From the NCBI RefSeq assembly GCF_009914755.1, contig NC_060928.1: 64,000 nucleotides of DNA; one strand, 5' to 3'. Below are positions 1 through 16,673 of this stretch, in pieces. Source of the DNA: the human T2T-CHM13v2.0 reference genome, Homo sapiens. Each line of letters begins with the position of its first letter. Within the stretch, counting starts at the first letter, position 1. The position numbers were made by a program, and so were the translations under genes. The notes below the pieces were generated by a model. It was not told the DNA's origin, searched no databases, and was given only the letters and a program-made list of their open reading frames with translations.

Positions 1-1040
<1,040 letters not shown>

Positions 1041-1153
1041 AAAATATACTTTTAAAGGCCCAGTGTGAAGAAACTTGCTGTGTTCAGAAACAAAAAAAGG
1101 CATTTGTGGCTGAAATTTAGTGTGAAAGCTGATCAAAAGAATTGTGTAATTCT

Positions 1154-1562
1154 TGTCATACCCAACTTAATCAGAGTCCAGAGGGAGAAAGCACTCAAGG
1201 CACAGACCGACAGTTCTAAAAACTGAATTTTCTGCAAGCCCAGCCTGCTGTAACCCCAAGACCAATTTTACCTAGTAACTGCTGAAGCAACCTGCCTTGA
1301 CTCTAAGACTGGTTTTACCTACCACTGTTACTCCCCATCCAGGGCTTGCCAGCTCCCAAAAGTTTCTGTAGTGCTAATGAGGTTTCTTTCAAAACAATAC
1401 ATATCATTTCTCTTTCTAATAAAATTCCCAACCTTCTCTTGCTTCTTCCAACGTACCAAAGACAACACCAGCCTGAGTTTATGCCCGGAATGGCAATTCT
1501 GTGATTTCCAAATAAAGCATTTAATAGAGAGATCTATCTCTATATTTTATTTGACTTTGACA
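1154..1562 (+). mobile_element. MER39/MER34-like ERV1 solo LTR within an L2 relic
   Basis: tgtcatacccaact...aaagcactcaaggcac...aataaa...tttgactttgaca. Confidence 0.65.
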
Positions 1563-1789
1563 ATGACAGAGTGGGGGAGAAGTTGGAAAGGGGATCAGAC
1601 ATATGTATCCAGGGGCCAGATCCTATTGGGCTTTATAGGCCATTGTAAAGGATTTTGTTTTAAGTGCAGTAGAAAGCCATTAGGAAAGCAAAAATATAAT
1701 CTTTTTTTCTAGCCTAATTTTCATTCTCTATGTGATGTAGATGGATTGTAGTGGGGGCAAGAGTATATGAGTATATATTTGGATTTGCA

Positions 1790-2090
1790 TGGACAATGTC
1801 TCTTCTCAATGGGGCTCACCCTGGATTCCCTGTTTAATATTGCACCCATTCATCTTGCACTGCCAGGCCCTCTTCCCTGTTTTACTTGGTTTTCCAAAGT
1901 ACGTAGCACCTTCTAGTATACTACATAACTTACATACTTTGTTGCCTTTCTTTCTCCTGGTAGAATATAAACTCTATAAGAACAAGGATCTTTGTCTCTT
2001 TTGTTCATGGACTGTCCAAGAATCTAGGAAGGACATTGCCTGACACATAATAGGCATTCAACAAATATCTGTTGAATAACAAATAAATGA
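1790..2090 (+). mobile_element. L2a 3' end
   Basis: tagaatataaactc...gcctgacacataataggcattcaacaaatatctgttgaat. Confidence 0.7.
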
Positions 2091-2656
2091 GTGGCAGGAT
2101 TCAAGGTGACAGAATTAAAGGAGGGGCTGTCCCTTTATGCCTCATACATTTTTTAATTACTAAAGTTTTTTAACAGTTATGTTTTATTTTTGTTATTAAA
2201 ATGATGTATAACAGAATTACAAATTATGCATTTGGTTTTGAAAAGGTGTTCATAAAGATACAGTGTCACTGGTCATTTGAGTTTTGAAAACCCTACTTTT
2301 TACTTCATAGTAAAATGAAGGATGTGTTCAATATGAGTCATAGCTATCATTAAAAACCTTCCCAGGGCCAAATATGTCTCACTACAGAAGTGTAGAACAC
2401 ACGTTTTGGTAGTGTAAAAGAAATTTTAGTTAAATTCTAAATGGCTTTATCCTGTATAAATGTCTATTGATTTAGGTCTTTCTCTCTTATTAGACCATTA
2501 GCTCCTTGAGTACAGGGGTTGAATCTTACTTAATTTTAGATTCCTCTAGGCAAGGCTCAAATCTCGTCTCTTTAATAAAAATTTTCTACCTTCCTAAAGT
2601 AATCTTTCATTTTCTATGCATGTGCAGTAAATAAAGAGTGTAAATTTTCCTGAATA

Positions 2657-3091
2657 TGAAACTGACCCAATAGTCCCATAGACTGTTCTTTTTGATAAAC
2701 ATAGAAATTGACCCTTCTGATCTTAAAGCTTGAAACTTATATTTGTTTGATCTGAGTTCCTTCATCAAGAAAGGATCTTCAGGCCTCTCAAGAAAGTATC
2801 AAAGACAGGCACTCACCAGATCACCACACCAGATGCTTCCTTGCCACTCCCTAGTTCTTATTTTTTTACACATTGTTACATCTCTTCCCTGCTGTACATT
2901 TCTTCCCCGCTATACATTTCTTCTCCTAGTTCTAGTCAGTCAAGGAAATGGATTTGAGACTGAGAGCCCATCTTCTCAGCTGCAGCACCCTATTAAAGCC
3001 TTCTTCCTCCTTGGCAATACATGTCTCAGTGATTGGTTTTCTGTTTAGCAAGCAGCAGGACCTAGACTGAACCTCTGGTGTTTTGGTAACA
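2657..3091 (+). mobile_element. LTR47-like solo LTR
   Basis: tgaaactgacccaatagtcccatagac...ggtgttttggtaaca; 4-bp flanking repeat AATA. Confidence 0.75.
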
Positions 3092-3302
3092 AATAGTTTA
3101 GGTTGCAAGTTCTTAGATCATTTTTCTTCTTATACAATTCTCAAAATGTCCTAGTATTTTCAATTTCATTATTTAAGCTATAACTTCTAAACTTCTCTGT
3201 AGTTCTGAGAAGGGGCACAAACATACGTTATCAGTTTTAAAAACAGTAAACAGCCTAGCATCTTAGACAATAATCTTTGAAGTCAGGTATCTGTGATTCT
3301 AA

Positions 3303-3929
<627 letters not shown>

Positions 3930-5772
3930 CTGTTTTCTTTTCTTTAAAACTAGGGATTGCAAAACCTAATTTGAAGCAAAACTGTGAGAACTAAATGAAA
4001 TAATATACACAAATCACCAACTATAGTGTCTGACACATAGAAGATGCTTAACAACTAGCATGTTTTACTATTTATCAAGAAACAGTAATAGAAATATCAA
4101 AGTTTACTGTTATTAGTCATTCGGTTTTTATTTCTTTGTGTTTTTATTGAACTTTTTTGTATCTGCATTTTTTTTCTCTTGGAGACCAAAATGTAAGCTG
4201 CTCAGGGCAATTTCCATTTTTGTGTTTTGTTTATTGTGCCCGAAACAGTGATGGGTATAATAAATGAGTATTGATTGAATTAAGCTAAATAAGATGTTTG
4301 GCCTCTGAGTTTAGGCATCAGGGACTAATATTGAATCTCTAACATTGTTCATTGCCTATGGAACATCAATGGGTGTGTGGTTTTTCACCAGTGTTATTAA
4401 ACATATTTACTGAGTACCCAATATGTGGCAAGCCCTGTGCTTGGTACAAGAGGGTAGTGCAAGTCGGAAAGGATAGAATTTTCAAAAACTGGTTTAACAC
4501 TATGAGATTAATTTGTATATATATATATATATATTCTGTTATTTTTGTTAATGTACATAGCAGCACTTTAATCCATTTGCTGCAGTTCTGTCATGTTTTG
4601 TATTAAGACCAATTTACTTGACATTGTATGTGCTTGGCATTAAAAGCAGGATAAGAATTCTATTTTCAAAAGGGGCATAGTTAACTGTTGGACTCTCTGC
4701 CAAAGTAATTTTCCCTCCCTTCTTTTAACCTCCCAAGGAGACAATTGGTTACATTCTAAGCAGATGCTTGCTCAGAGAGTGGGCAGCAAGCCGTGGGCAG
4801 CCCGCTCGTTTAATTTTAAGCAAGATCTTTGTGTTTTTTATTATATTAATTAGTGTATTGGCAAGGTTGAATGGGATTTTTAAAGCAGCAGGGGTTTTGC
4901 TGATCCCTTAATTTGCAGTTTGTGATGGCTCTTTTGTTTTTGTTTTTGTTTAATTTTTTTTTTCACTCATTAAACACTCGAATCTAGCATTAGCTGTGAC
5001 TCCCAGTAGTTCTGGATCTTTAGGGAGTAATGTATAAAGACAGATGGTGGGTATGATGAGGACAGCAAAATGCACTTTCTCTTTGGTACTACCTTGAAAG
5101 TGGGCCACTGCCCTATTTTTTGCTTGTAGACAGGCATTTAACTATAGTTAATAAGCCCGGAGAGAGAAGATGCTACACTGTAGATAATTTTAGTGATTTT
5201 TAAAAAAACTCTTCAACGTTTTATTCAACCTTTAGATTATGCAAATAAAAAACACCTGTTTTAGACATCTTGGCCTGGTGAAGAGAAGACTGGAAGAAAT
5301 GCATTGGGAAAGGATTTATTTGTGTAATTGAATGTTGAGGGAGATTTTCCTATTGTCTATGAGTTAACTACTTGTCTTCTCACCACTGTTGAGGGCAAAG
5401 ACATTCCATATGTTACCCCATCTAATCCTTACCATAACTATCTTAGTTAATAAATCTCAGTCCAGTCCAGTTTAATGCTTTATTCTCAAATTCAACATAA
5501 ATCTTATTTCTTTCTCTACTCCCAGTGCAGGCTTGACCCATGGCTTTGAGGAGAAAACTACATAGGCAGCTCTTGTAGCCAGCACTTATCACAGAACAGT
5601 TGTATAAAGGAAATTGTCTATAACTTAAATATAAATTTTGTTAAGTATTCAGAAAGTTTAATACTGTAGGACTTGGAGTTGGTGGTGTGGTGTGGTGGGG
5701 TTGGAAAATGCAAAGGAGTTCTTACCAAGGAAAATTTGAGAATTAAGGAGTGATGAATTAGTGAATAGATGC

Positions 5773-6142
5773 TGCTATGGTATGAATGTGTCCCCCAAAG
5801 TTCATGTGTTGGAAACTTAGTTTCCAGTGCAACAGTGTTGAAAGAGAAGATCTTTAAGAGGATTAATGCTGTTATCACAGGAATGAGTTAGTCATCATGG
5901 GAGTAGGTTCTTGATAAAATAATGAGTTCATCTCCCTCCGCCCTCACCCTCTGTCTATCTCTCTCTCTTTCCCTGGCCCTTCTGCCTTCCACCATGGGAT
6001 GATGGAGCAAGAAGGCCCTCACCAGATGCAGCCCCTCAATCTTGGACTTCCCGGACTCCAGAACTGTAAGAAATAGATCTGTTTCTTATAAACTTACCCA
6101 ATCTGTGGTATTCTGTAATAGCAACACAAAACCAACTAAGCC
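5773..6142 (+). mobile_element. MaLR solo LTR (MLT1A/MST-like)
   Basis: tgctatggtatgaatgtgtcccccaaagttcatgtgttggaaac...ggccctcaccagatgc...aactaag. Confidence 0.75.
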
Positions 6143-6647
6143 TTATGGTAACTGATTAGCCTTATGGTTAATTTGGCAATATAGTAAAATATCCCATTTT
6201 CAAACAGGTTTCTTACATATGTATATGTTTTATTTTGCTTTTTTGAGACAGGGTCTTGCTATGTTGCCCATGCTGGAGTGTAATGGCTAGTCACAGGTGC
6301 AATCATAGGTCACTGTAGCTTCCAACTCCTAGACTGAAACAATCCTCCTGCCTCAGTCTCCTGAGTAGCTGGGACTATACGCATGCAGTGGCTCCATATG
6401 TTTTGATAAATTCTCGATGGAACAGGTAAAGTTCATGTAAAAAGATCATAATCAAACAAGCTGTCCCAAAATGAATGGAACTTTTACTTTTCAAAAGTTA
6501 CTACTCCATTTTTTGATCACTTTGTAACTGCTGAGGGGGGAATAAGATAAAATAGGCAACCCTATCTTCCTCCCTCCACCATGAGACCATATGAGTTGCT
6601 TGGGAACCGCTGGGATTCTAAAAAAAATAAAATCTATGCCTCAAGCA

Positions 6648-7053
6648 TTCTCTTCTCTTTTCTTTTCTTTTTTTTTCCTTTTCTTTTTTCCTTCCTTCCT
6701 TCCTTCCTTCTTTCCTTCCTCCCTCCCTCCCTTCCTTTCTTTCTTTTCTTTCTTTCTTTTTTTTTTTTTTTTGACAGAGTCTCACTCTATCGCCCAGGCT
6801 GGAGTGCAGTGGCATGATCTTGGCTCAGTACAGCCTCCACCTCCTGAGTTAAAGTGATTCTCCTTGCCTCAGTCTCCCAGGTAGCTGGGATTACAGGCGC
6901 CCACCATCATGCCCAGCTAATTTTTCTATTTTTAGTAGAGATGGGGTTTCACCATGTTGGCCAAGCTGGTCTCAAACTCCTGACCTCAAGTGATCCGCCT
7001 GCCTTGGCCTCCCAAAATGCTAGGATTATAGGTGTGAGCCACTGCACCTGGCC
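6648..7053 (-). mobile_element. AluS with TTCC/TTTC-expanded tail
   Basis: Alu consensus. Confidence 0.9.
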
Positions 7054-7918
7054 AAGAATTCTTTAGGAAAAGAAAAATACGTATATGGAGAGTCATTATT
7101 TAAGTCATTTACTATAAAACAGACAATTTATAAATGAACACGTACAATGATGCTCACATTCTGAGAGTTAATCTGTCTTGAAAAAGCATCAGTCATTGTA
7201 TCTAAAATTAATTTTTATATACACTGTCTCTTTTTGCTTTATTTTTACATATTTTTTTCAAAGGAAATGATGCTTGAAAGAGTACGTGGCATAATTTTTG
7301 AAATGAAGTGTTCTCTTCATTCACTGATAATGAGAAATGGTAGAGGAAAACAGAAATAATAAGAAATGTGTGGTCCTGGAAACTATGACTGGGACTGTTG
7401 ACACGTTTTAGGATCTAAAATGTGTAATTATTTTGGAAAGGGCAGCAGCATAAGCATTTTGAAAAAGACTAGCATAAAATATTTGTAAAGTGTCTGAATG
7501 TTTTTTTCTGAGAAATGGTCTGCAGTAGCTACAAAATGTTAGTGACAATTGATACCTTAGAGGGGATGTTTGCATTATAGTTTGATTGTTAAACTTCCAT
7601 TTAAATTTTTATTATGTAGGATTTATTCTAGTTGGGCACCCATGAATGACTTGTTGATGATAAAAGGTTAGTCATGAGGTATCCATGTGGCTTATCATCT
7701 TCCAGAGCAAGAATTTTCTCTGTAAGACAGCATGTGGCTTCTGCTGTTCCCCAGACTCTTCCTTTGAATATCCTTGTAAGGAAATAACTCATCTTGGAAA
7801 ATTATATAGAACAGTATAGAACTGTGGACAAAAGAATTATCTTTGGAATAAAATCAACCCGGCCTTGAGTCCAGGCTCCACACCTTATTGGCTGTGACAC
7901 TTTTAACGAGTTACTTAA

Positions 7919-8261
<343 letters not shown>

Positions 8262-9342
8262 TAACCTAGGTTTTCTAAATAAATGTAATAAATAAATAAA
8301 TAAATAAAGAAGGAAGCTGGGCATAGTGGCTCATCCCAGAGTTTCTGTAATCCCAGAAACTCAGGAGGATCAGGCCCAAGGATCACTTGAGCTGATATTT
8401 ATAAAATGTTTAGAACAGTGCCTGGCAGATAGTAAAACTATATATGTTATTTGTTCAATAAATAACAGTTTTTTGATTACTATACCTTAAAACAAGTCTA
8501 TATTTACATTTTTAGGGTAACTTAGTATGAAGTGAGTCTCAGAAGAAATACCTGTGACATATATTCATACGGGGCCCAATTTTGCATTTTCATTGTTTCT
8601 CGTACTTCTTGTTCTTTTTCTCCAAATGGATCTTTATTTTGATCCATTTAGTTGCAGGCAGGGGTGGAGGAGCTAAGATTTAGTCATTTATCTTTACAAG
8701 GCTTTTTTTTTGTATGTGAACTTGGTTTATTAGACACATAATCTTGCGTTCAGCCCTAATGTCTTTACCAGCATTTTCCAACTGGAACATAAGGGCATAG
8801 GAAAGTAACAGAAGAATTAATCTTTTTTTGTGTGTGTTTTTTTATTTCTTCAGCTCAGATGATCACAGGGACTGATACAAAGAAAATATGTTGGTTCCAA
8901 GACTTGTAGTGAGCCCCACCTTCAAATGTACTGGCATGCTTTTAAAATTGGAAACTTTTCCTTTTAGATGACACTGTGACAGATTTTACTTTGAAGCAGA
9001 CAGCTTTCATTCTTGATGAAGATCCACTTGTTCAATATGCACCTTTATTATGGGCTCTGAAGTAGTATTTAGGGAAAAGCATGTCTCTAGTTTTCCTTCT
9101 GGGAGGAGTTTACTAGATGCCGAAGCAGTTTAATCCTTTAAAACAAAACAAAACATGCAATTAGCTCTAATTAAAAAATACTTTTACTATTTAAAACTCA
9201 GTTTGTTTTTCTAACATCTAATTCTTTGTTTTCTAATTACAGTTACTATACTTATAATAATTTCAAATCTAGTAACTGTAAAAAATAATCTCACTGACTG
9301 ACAAGGAATTTCTCAAACAGGCAGTCATTACTTTGTGCATTA

Positions 9343-9716
<374 letters not shown>

Positions 9717-9806
9717 TATGCAGGCTGAAACTATGAAAAGCAATCTTAATAAACAAAGATAAAAATTACAATTGTTCTGTGATCTTTTGTCAAAACATTA
9801 AAAACA

Positions 9807-10503
9807 AGCTGAGCACGGTGGTGAAACCAGCCCAATTGTTCCATAGACAGTTGATTGACCCTTCTGCTGTTAAAGCTTGAAACTTGTATTTGTTGTATAT
9901 GAATTCCTTCCTCAGGAAACAACCTTCAGGTTGCTCAACAAAGGTATCAGAGAACTGAAACTCACCAGATCACCTTACCAGATGCCTCCTTGCCCCTCCC
10001 TAGGTCTTGTTTTCTTACACATTGTTACATTTCTTCCCTGCTGTATAAACTCCTAGTTTTAATTAGTCAGGGAGATGGATTTGAGATTGAGCTCCCATCT
10101 CCTCAGCTGCAGCACCTGATTAAAGCCTTCTTCCTTGGCAATACTTGTTGTCTCAGTGATTGGCTTTCGGTGCAGTGAGCAGCAGGACTTAGACCAAACC
10201 CCTGGTGTTTCAGTAACAGTGGCTCACACTTATAATCCTAGCACTTTGGGAGCTGAGGTGGGAAGATCACTTGAACCCAGGAGTTTGAGACCAGCCTGGG
10301 CAGCATAATGAGAGCTCATCTCTACAAAAATAAAAAATTAGCCAGGTGTGGAGGCACATGCCTGTATGTAGTTCCAGCTACTTAGGAGGCTGAGGTGGGA
10401 GGAACACCTTGAGCTTAGGAGGTTGAGGCTGCAGTGAGCTGTGATGGTGCCACTGCAATCCAGCCTGGGCAACAGAGAGAGACCTTGTCTTAAAAGAAAA
10501 AAA
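9807..10503 (+). mobile_element. AluJ interrupted by an LTR
   Basis: agctgagcacggtgg|LTR|gtggctcacact... Confidence 0.85.
9822..10218 (+). mobile_element. LTR47-like solo LTR inserted into an AluJ
   Basis: Homologous to 2657-3091; TSD GTGG (9818-9821 / 10219-10222) splits the Alu 5' end. Confidence 0.8.
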
Positions 10504-10715
10504 CCCACAAGACTGTCTTATTGTTAGTTATGAATGTATAGGAAATTTAAAAATAGTAAAACTGGTATTTATTTAGTACACTGTAATTTGAAACATTAGA
10601 TACCTTGAGAATTAAAATGCTTTAATTATAAAATAAACTTATTACAAGTAGTTTAAACAGTGTTTGCCTTCTTCTCGTTACATAATTTATGATATGGAGA
10701 GTATGGAGAGAGTAA

Positions 10716-11039
10716 CTTTTCTTTTTCTTTTTCTTTCTTTTTTCTTTTTAGAGACAATGTCTAGCTCTGTCACCCAGGTTGATGTGCAGTAGCTCGATCA
10801 TAGCTCACTGCAGCCTTGAACTCCTGGGCTCAAGCAATCCTCCTGCCTCAGCCTTCCAAGTAGCTGGAACTACAAGTGTGCTACCATGCTCAGCTAATTA
10901 AAAAAAATTTTTTTTTTTTGTAGGGACAAGGTCTTACTTTATTGCTCATGCTGTTCTTGAACTCCTGGCTTCAAGCAATCCTCCTGCCTCTGCCTCCTGA
11001 TACTGTTAGAATTACAGGAGTGAGCCACTGCACCTGGCC
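10716..11039 (-). mobile_element. AluJ
   Basis: Alu consensus with J diagnostics (cctgggctcaagcaatcc). Confidence 0.88.
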
Positions 11040-13423
11040 AAGGGAGCATCTTTTCGATGCCTTGGCTAGTTCTCATACTCTTCTAAGCTTTGATCAACTT
11101 ACAACATTTTCTCTTTTGTGCTTCCAATGTTGTGAGACATCTCTGAGAGCTGCTTTACTGTAAAGATTTTTGCCATTGTAATTTCCCCTGGGACATCTTC
11201 ATCCTGTTCATTATAACTACTTCCCTCACTTATGCTGAAAGTTTGCCTTATAGTTGTCAAAGCTTTTAATAGTACTGACGATTTTTGAAAGTGATTTCTT
11301 TAGGATAACTGAAATCTATCACCCTGCAGTTTCAATTCATCAGACTTAGTTTTACTTAGGCATAAATAAAACAATTGAAACCTCTCTTCCACATGGATGC
11401 TCTTCAAATACTTGAAGACAGCAGTCGGCAATCGTGTGTTGCATGAGTCCTTACTTCTTCATACTGAACATATCTGATTCTGACATGTAGCTTTCTCCCA
11501 AGATGCTTGTCATTTTCACTTCACCAACAAATTCCTCCCCATTGGTCAGAATTTACCACACAGTAGCAATTTCCCTGGTCACTTCCTCTACATAATAAAA
11601 CTTAAAACTGTCAGGCAAGTCAGGAAATTTTCAGAGCACTGCTTTTTAGCTGGTTGAAGTATAGCAATTTTATCATTTGCTTATGAAGGCAGCTTCCAAT
11701 TTCCCCCTTCTATCTGACCAGCACATAGCAGGGACCCTTTGGAAATGATCCTGAAACGATTTCAAAAATAGAAAAAAATTAGAAGAGGCTAGAATTCAAA
11801 TAATTATACTTGCCAGGCACATATTGGGACTATTCTAGAATATTTAGTACCCTGTATTCTTGTTTGAGGTATACTTCTTAGATTTTTATCTTTTCAGGTG
11901 TTGGAACTTTGGAGAAAGATCTGTTATGCCTTGCATATTGCTTATGTTTATTTAATGTTGCTACTTGGGCCTCTAAGGCCATACATATTTGGATAAACAT
12001 CTGGATGTTCTCTCAGTGCATCTTGGGTCTAGGAGCAAGGGTATGGAGTCCCCACCTAAGGCAATAGGAGCTGCTTCTGCCAGAGAGCTGTGCAAAGTAA
12101 GCAATGTCCTGGTTCCAGGACCAAGGGCCAGAGCAGAGACTAGAAGTAGAGACCACAGTTTGCCAAATATATATAGAGTTAAGAATGAAATTTGGGAAGA
12201 TGAGGGATTTCTTATGCAAATGCCTTGTGTACCAAAACACCACATAGAATTTCAGACATTTATTGGTCAGAAAGACATTAATTCATAGATGGAGAATTAG
12301 TCATTAGGGTCCAGGGTGTACTTGGGGGAGAAATTGATTCCTGCATTTGCTTTGAAGTCTAAAATGATACAGCTTTTCACCATAGGGGAAGAGTGATGGG
12401 CAGTGGGAGGCCCTCGAACTTGACTTTTAACAGTAATCTTTTTTCTTAAATTGCTGTGAGAGCAACATCCTCCAGCTGGCCTTATTTTCCAAATTGTGTT
12501 CCTTGCTACCTTGTTGCTTTTCTGATGGCAAAAGTCCTTTGAATATTAACACAAATGTGGAGGTCTTTTCAAATTCCCATTTGGGCACAGCCAAAACGTC
12601 GGCATATGAGTTGTGGCAATTTACTTTTGAGCTCTGGTAAGCATTTTGCTACCAAGACAAATACATTGGTGCCTTTGAGGCCATGCCAATTCCTAACGCC
12701 AGACCCTGCACAATTTATATTAATTGCCATCCTTTCTCTATGTCAGTGATGTGTTCTACTCACAACCCCAAATCCTCTTCTCTCATCCCCGCTTTTTTCA
12801 AATGTGTCTCTAGTTACTGGGGATATGCAGCCTACACAAGGGTTCCCAATACCTGCATGATCAACAGCCCCACAGAGGCCATTTAGTCATTACAGAACCA
12901 TTTTTAGATAGGTAAAGCAGGATAAGGGCTGGGCTGAAGATCGATGTCCAGCCTGCTGAATCATCAGGAGTTTCTTGAATTTTTGCATTCTGGGAAGCAT
13001 CTTCACCATCTAACACTGAGTACGATTGGCTCTCTTTAGGAAATGCTCTCTCTTAAACTGTGTCTCCCTTAACCCCACCTCTCCATTCCCAGATCTATAA
13101 TCGCTGTCTCAATAGTTTCCCTAATTTCCCTGTGACATTGATGTTGAATTCCATAGGCCCTCACAGATCATGCTGTGCTAGTCTATTCCCCTTCCTTCAC
13201 CAGGAGTCAGACTGCTTTTGTAGCAGAGGAGGAAAAATAGCAACAGTGATTACATAGCATTAAATTAATAGAGCGAGGGGCCTACCTGGTTCTAGAATGA
13301 TAGTTACATCTGAGATCCAATAAGATCGAATTTACTTACTAAACTTTTCCATCTTAGTTCAAAGCAACCTAGATAAGTTTAGAAACAAAATCACAAAACA
13401 AAATACTTGTTACCTATGTGTCA

Positions 13424-13911
<488 letters not shown>

Positions 13912-14631
13912 TCACTGAGTCCAAACCTTTTGTAATTTTTTCCCATAGATCTTCATCAAGAAAGGTACTGGCAGTCTCGGAGAGGCGTCACGTTGTTAAG
14001 GCTTTCATTTTCCTACTTGCACCATCCCATTCCCTCTTATTCCTCTCTCCCTGTCTCTCCCTCTTCTGAAACTACCAGAAAATCCACCGTCTTGTCTACC
14101 TACATTCACACCCTATCGATTTCTCAGCTTCTAACACATACACGTTTGGCAAGGCATTTCCTCTGTCAAATACAGCACTCTCCCTGAAGGGAATTCTGGC
14201 TAACTCAATTATCCCACTTTGTTACACTAGAAAAACAGATTATGAAAGGTCCTGCTATGGCAGGAACTACTAAGTGCATATTTGGGGCAGAAGTAATATT
14301 TCATCTTTACTTTTGTACTCTTTCATTTTTAGTTGATTTTGCCAAATAGCTTCAAATAGCACAAACTAGAATAATTTTTATAGTCTCCTGAGACAGAGGA
14401 ATACTTTATCCTTGACCCAAATAATGCTGAATTGGTAATGCTTTCTATTTGCATCTCCTTTCTTTAAGACTAATTTGATGAAGAATCTCAGCTCTAGTAA
14501 TTAACTGCTTTTTCTTTATTGCAGTGTAAACCAAAGCTGACATACTCCCAGGCTTCTTTCCTCTCCATCTCCCTTCTCCTTCTTATTCCTGTTTATCTAC
14601 TTATCCTTTAAGGAGATTGAAAAGAAAGAGG

Positions 14632-14856
14632 AGGCCAGGCGCAGTGGCTCATGCCTGTAATCTTAGCACTTTGGGAGGCTGGGGCTGGAGGATTGCTTGA
14701 GACCAGGAGTTCAAGACCAGCCTGGACAACACGGCAAGACCCTGTCTCTCAAAAAAAAAAAAAAGGAGAAAAGAAAAGAAAAGAAGGAAGAGGAAGAAAG
14801 GGAAAAGGAGAAGGAAGAGGAAAAGGAAGAAGAGGAGGAAGGAGAAGAAGGAGAAA
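14632..14856 (+). mobile_element. Alu monomer (FLAM-like) with GA-rich tail
   Basis: Left-monomer only followed by purine tract. Confidence 0.8.
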
Positions 14857-16377
14857 GTCTATTTAATCATTGTTGCTATTTTTCCTTCTTTGCTACAAAG
14901 GCAGTTGGAAGCCCTGAAGGTCTCATACGTTCCAGTAGAGGACATTGCATGTCCTTTGAAAGAAAATTTCCATTTGATACACATTATTAAGCACGATTTT
15001 AGTAAGTGAAAAGAGAACAAACCATTAATGGAGTGCACAGCCAAGAATGGAATATAAGGTAATAAATTTTTTTCATCTTTATTGTATCATCAATCTTTGA
15101 GGGCAGCAAAGGAGGTTCTGTTCTTTTGTTTATCCCATTATTTCTCTGTCTTGGAGAATCATTGTGTTTTACTAATTTTGTGAAGATTTAAATGAAGGGA
15201 TTTAAGGAATACTTTTTTCTTCCAAATGCTTAGGGAATTTATTGAGCTATTTTCCTGGTCTGGTATTAAATCTATCCCAGATGGGACTTCACATTTGCCC
15301 AAGGTTTATATAATAATATAATAAAAATGACTACATCAAAGACATTCTGTTTAGTACTTGCACACACACACACACTCTCTGTTTTCAATACTTGACAAAT
15401 ATTTAACATTGTTTCCTTTTACTTCCTTTGACACTGAATTTTATATTACTTCCTAGGAAGGAAAAATAATATGACTAGGATCCTACTGCCACAGGACTCA
15501 AGAGTTGCCTTCCAAACATGACTTTCAAAAAAGTGAGAAATGGTGAACAGGGGGCAGATCAGAACTTTCGGCCTATTTAATGATTGACTGTAGACTCACC
15601 GCCTAAATCGCTTTAGACCCTTCCTGATTTCTTTTTGTTCCAGGGTCATGGACTAGTACTTATTTTCATGGGTGACTTATTTCTTTCTTCCTCCTTCAGA
15701 TTCAGATTGAGAAGGGTGCCCGCACTAACGAGAACAGTCCCCTTCTCCCCCCCCTCCTGCCCCTCCTCTTCCTTTGTCTTTGTTGAATAAAACAGATGTG
15801 GTGAGCAATTCTTTTTATACCTTTATATTTTATATTTGACAAGTGCACTAAGTAGTATCAATTTCTAAGCATCTATCTTTTTATAGTTTAAACTTTTATC
15901 AGAGAAATACATAAACTCAGATGAAAAAATCATAAATGTTTAACAAGGCTTTTTAATGAAAACCAGTATCCCCTGCCACATTCATCCCCACCATCATTCT
16001 TCTCAGAATAAACATTTACTTGCTTCAACTGGGTCTTCAGGTATTTATTTCCGAATGTCTAATAACATGTTCATACTATTTCTTATTTTTTTGAATTTTA
16101 TGTATTCCACATTGCTTCCTGTAACTTAACCATCTTGCACTTCCAAAGGCTCCACTCCAAACTTGCCATCTTCTACCCTCTATCCTCCCAATATAGCTAC
16201 AGGATTTTTTTACTTAATAAACACTCACAGTTTACATTTTATGACTATATAAGCATTATTTACAAGTGAGACATATATCATCCTATATTTTCTTTTCTGT
16301 ACATTTTTTTCCCGAGTTAATGGTCTTTTTAAAAGCTTATTCTTTTTGATCTGCTGATTCTTTATTCATTCATAACT

Positions 16378-16673
16378 CTTTTTTTCTTTTCTTTCTCTCT
16401 CTGTTGCCAAGGCTGGAGTGCAGTGGTATGATCATAGCTCACTGCAGCCTTTAACTCCTGGGTTCAAGCAATCCTCCTGCCTCACCATCCCACGTAGCTG
16501 GGACTACAGGTACATTCTATCACACCTGGCTAATATTTTTAAATTATTTTTAATTTTTGTAGAGATGAGGTCTCTTTATGTTGCCCAGGCTGATCTCAAA
16601 CTCCTGGCCTTGATCCTCCCACCTTGGCCTCCCAAAGTGCTGGGATTACAGGCATGAGCCATGGCACCCAGCC
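16378..16673 (-). mobile_element. AluJ
   Basis: Alu consensus. Confidence 0.88.

Noticed and set aside
14697-14990. Lys/Glu-rich ORF
   Set aside because: Translation of a GA-rich Alu tail
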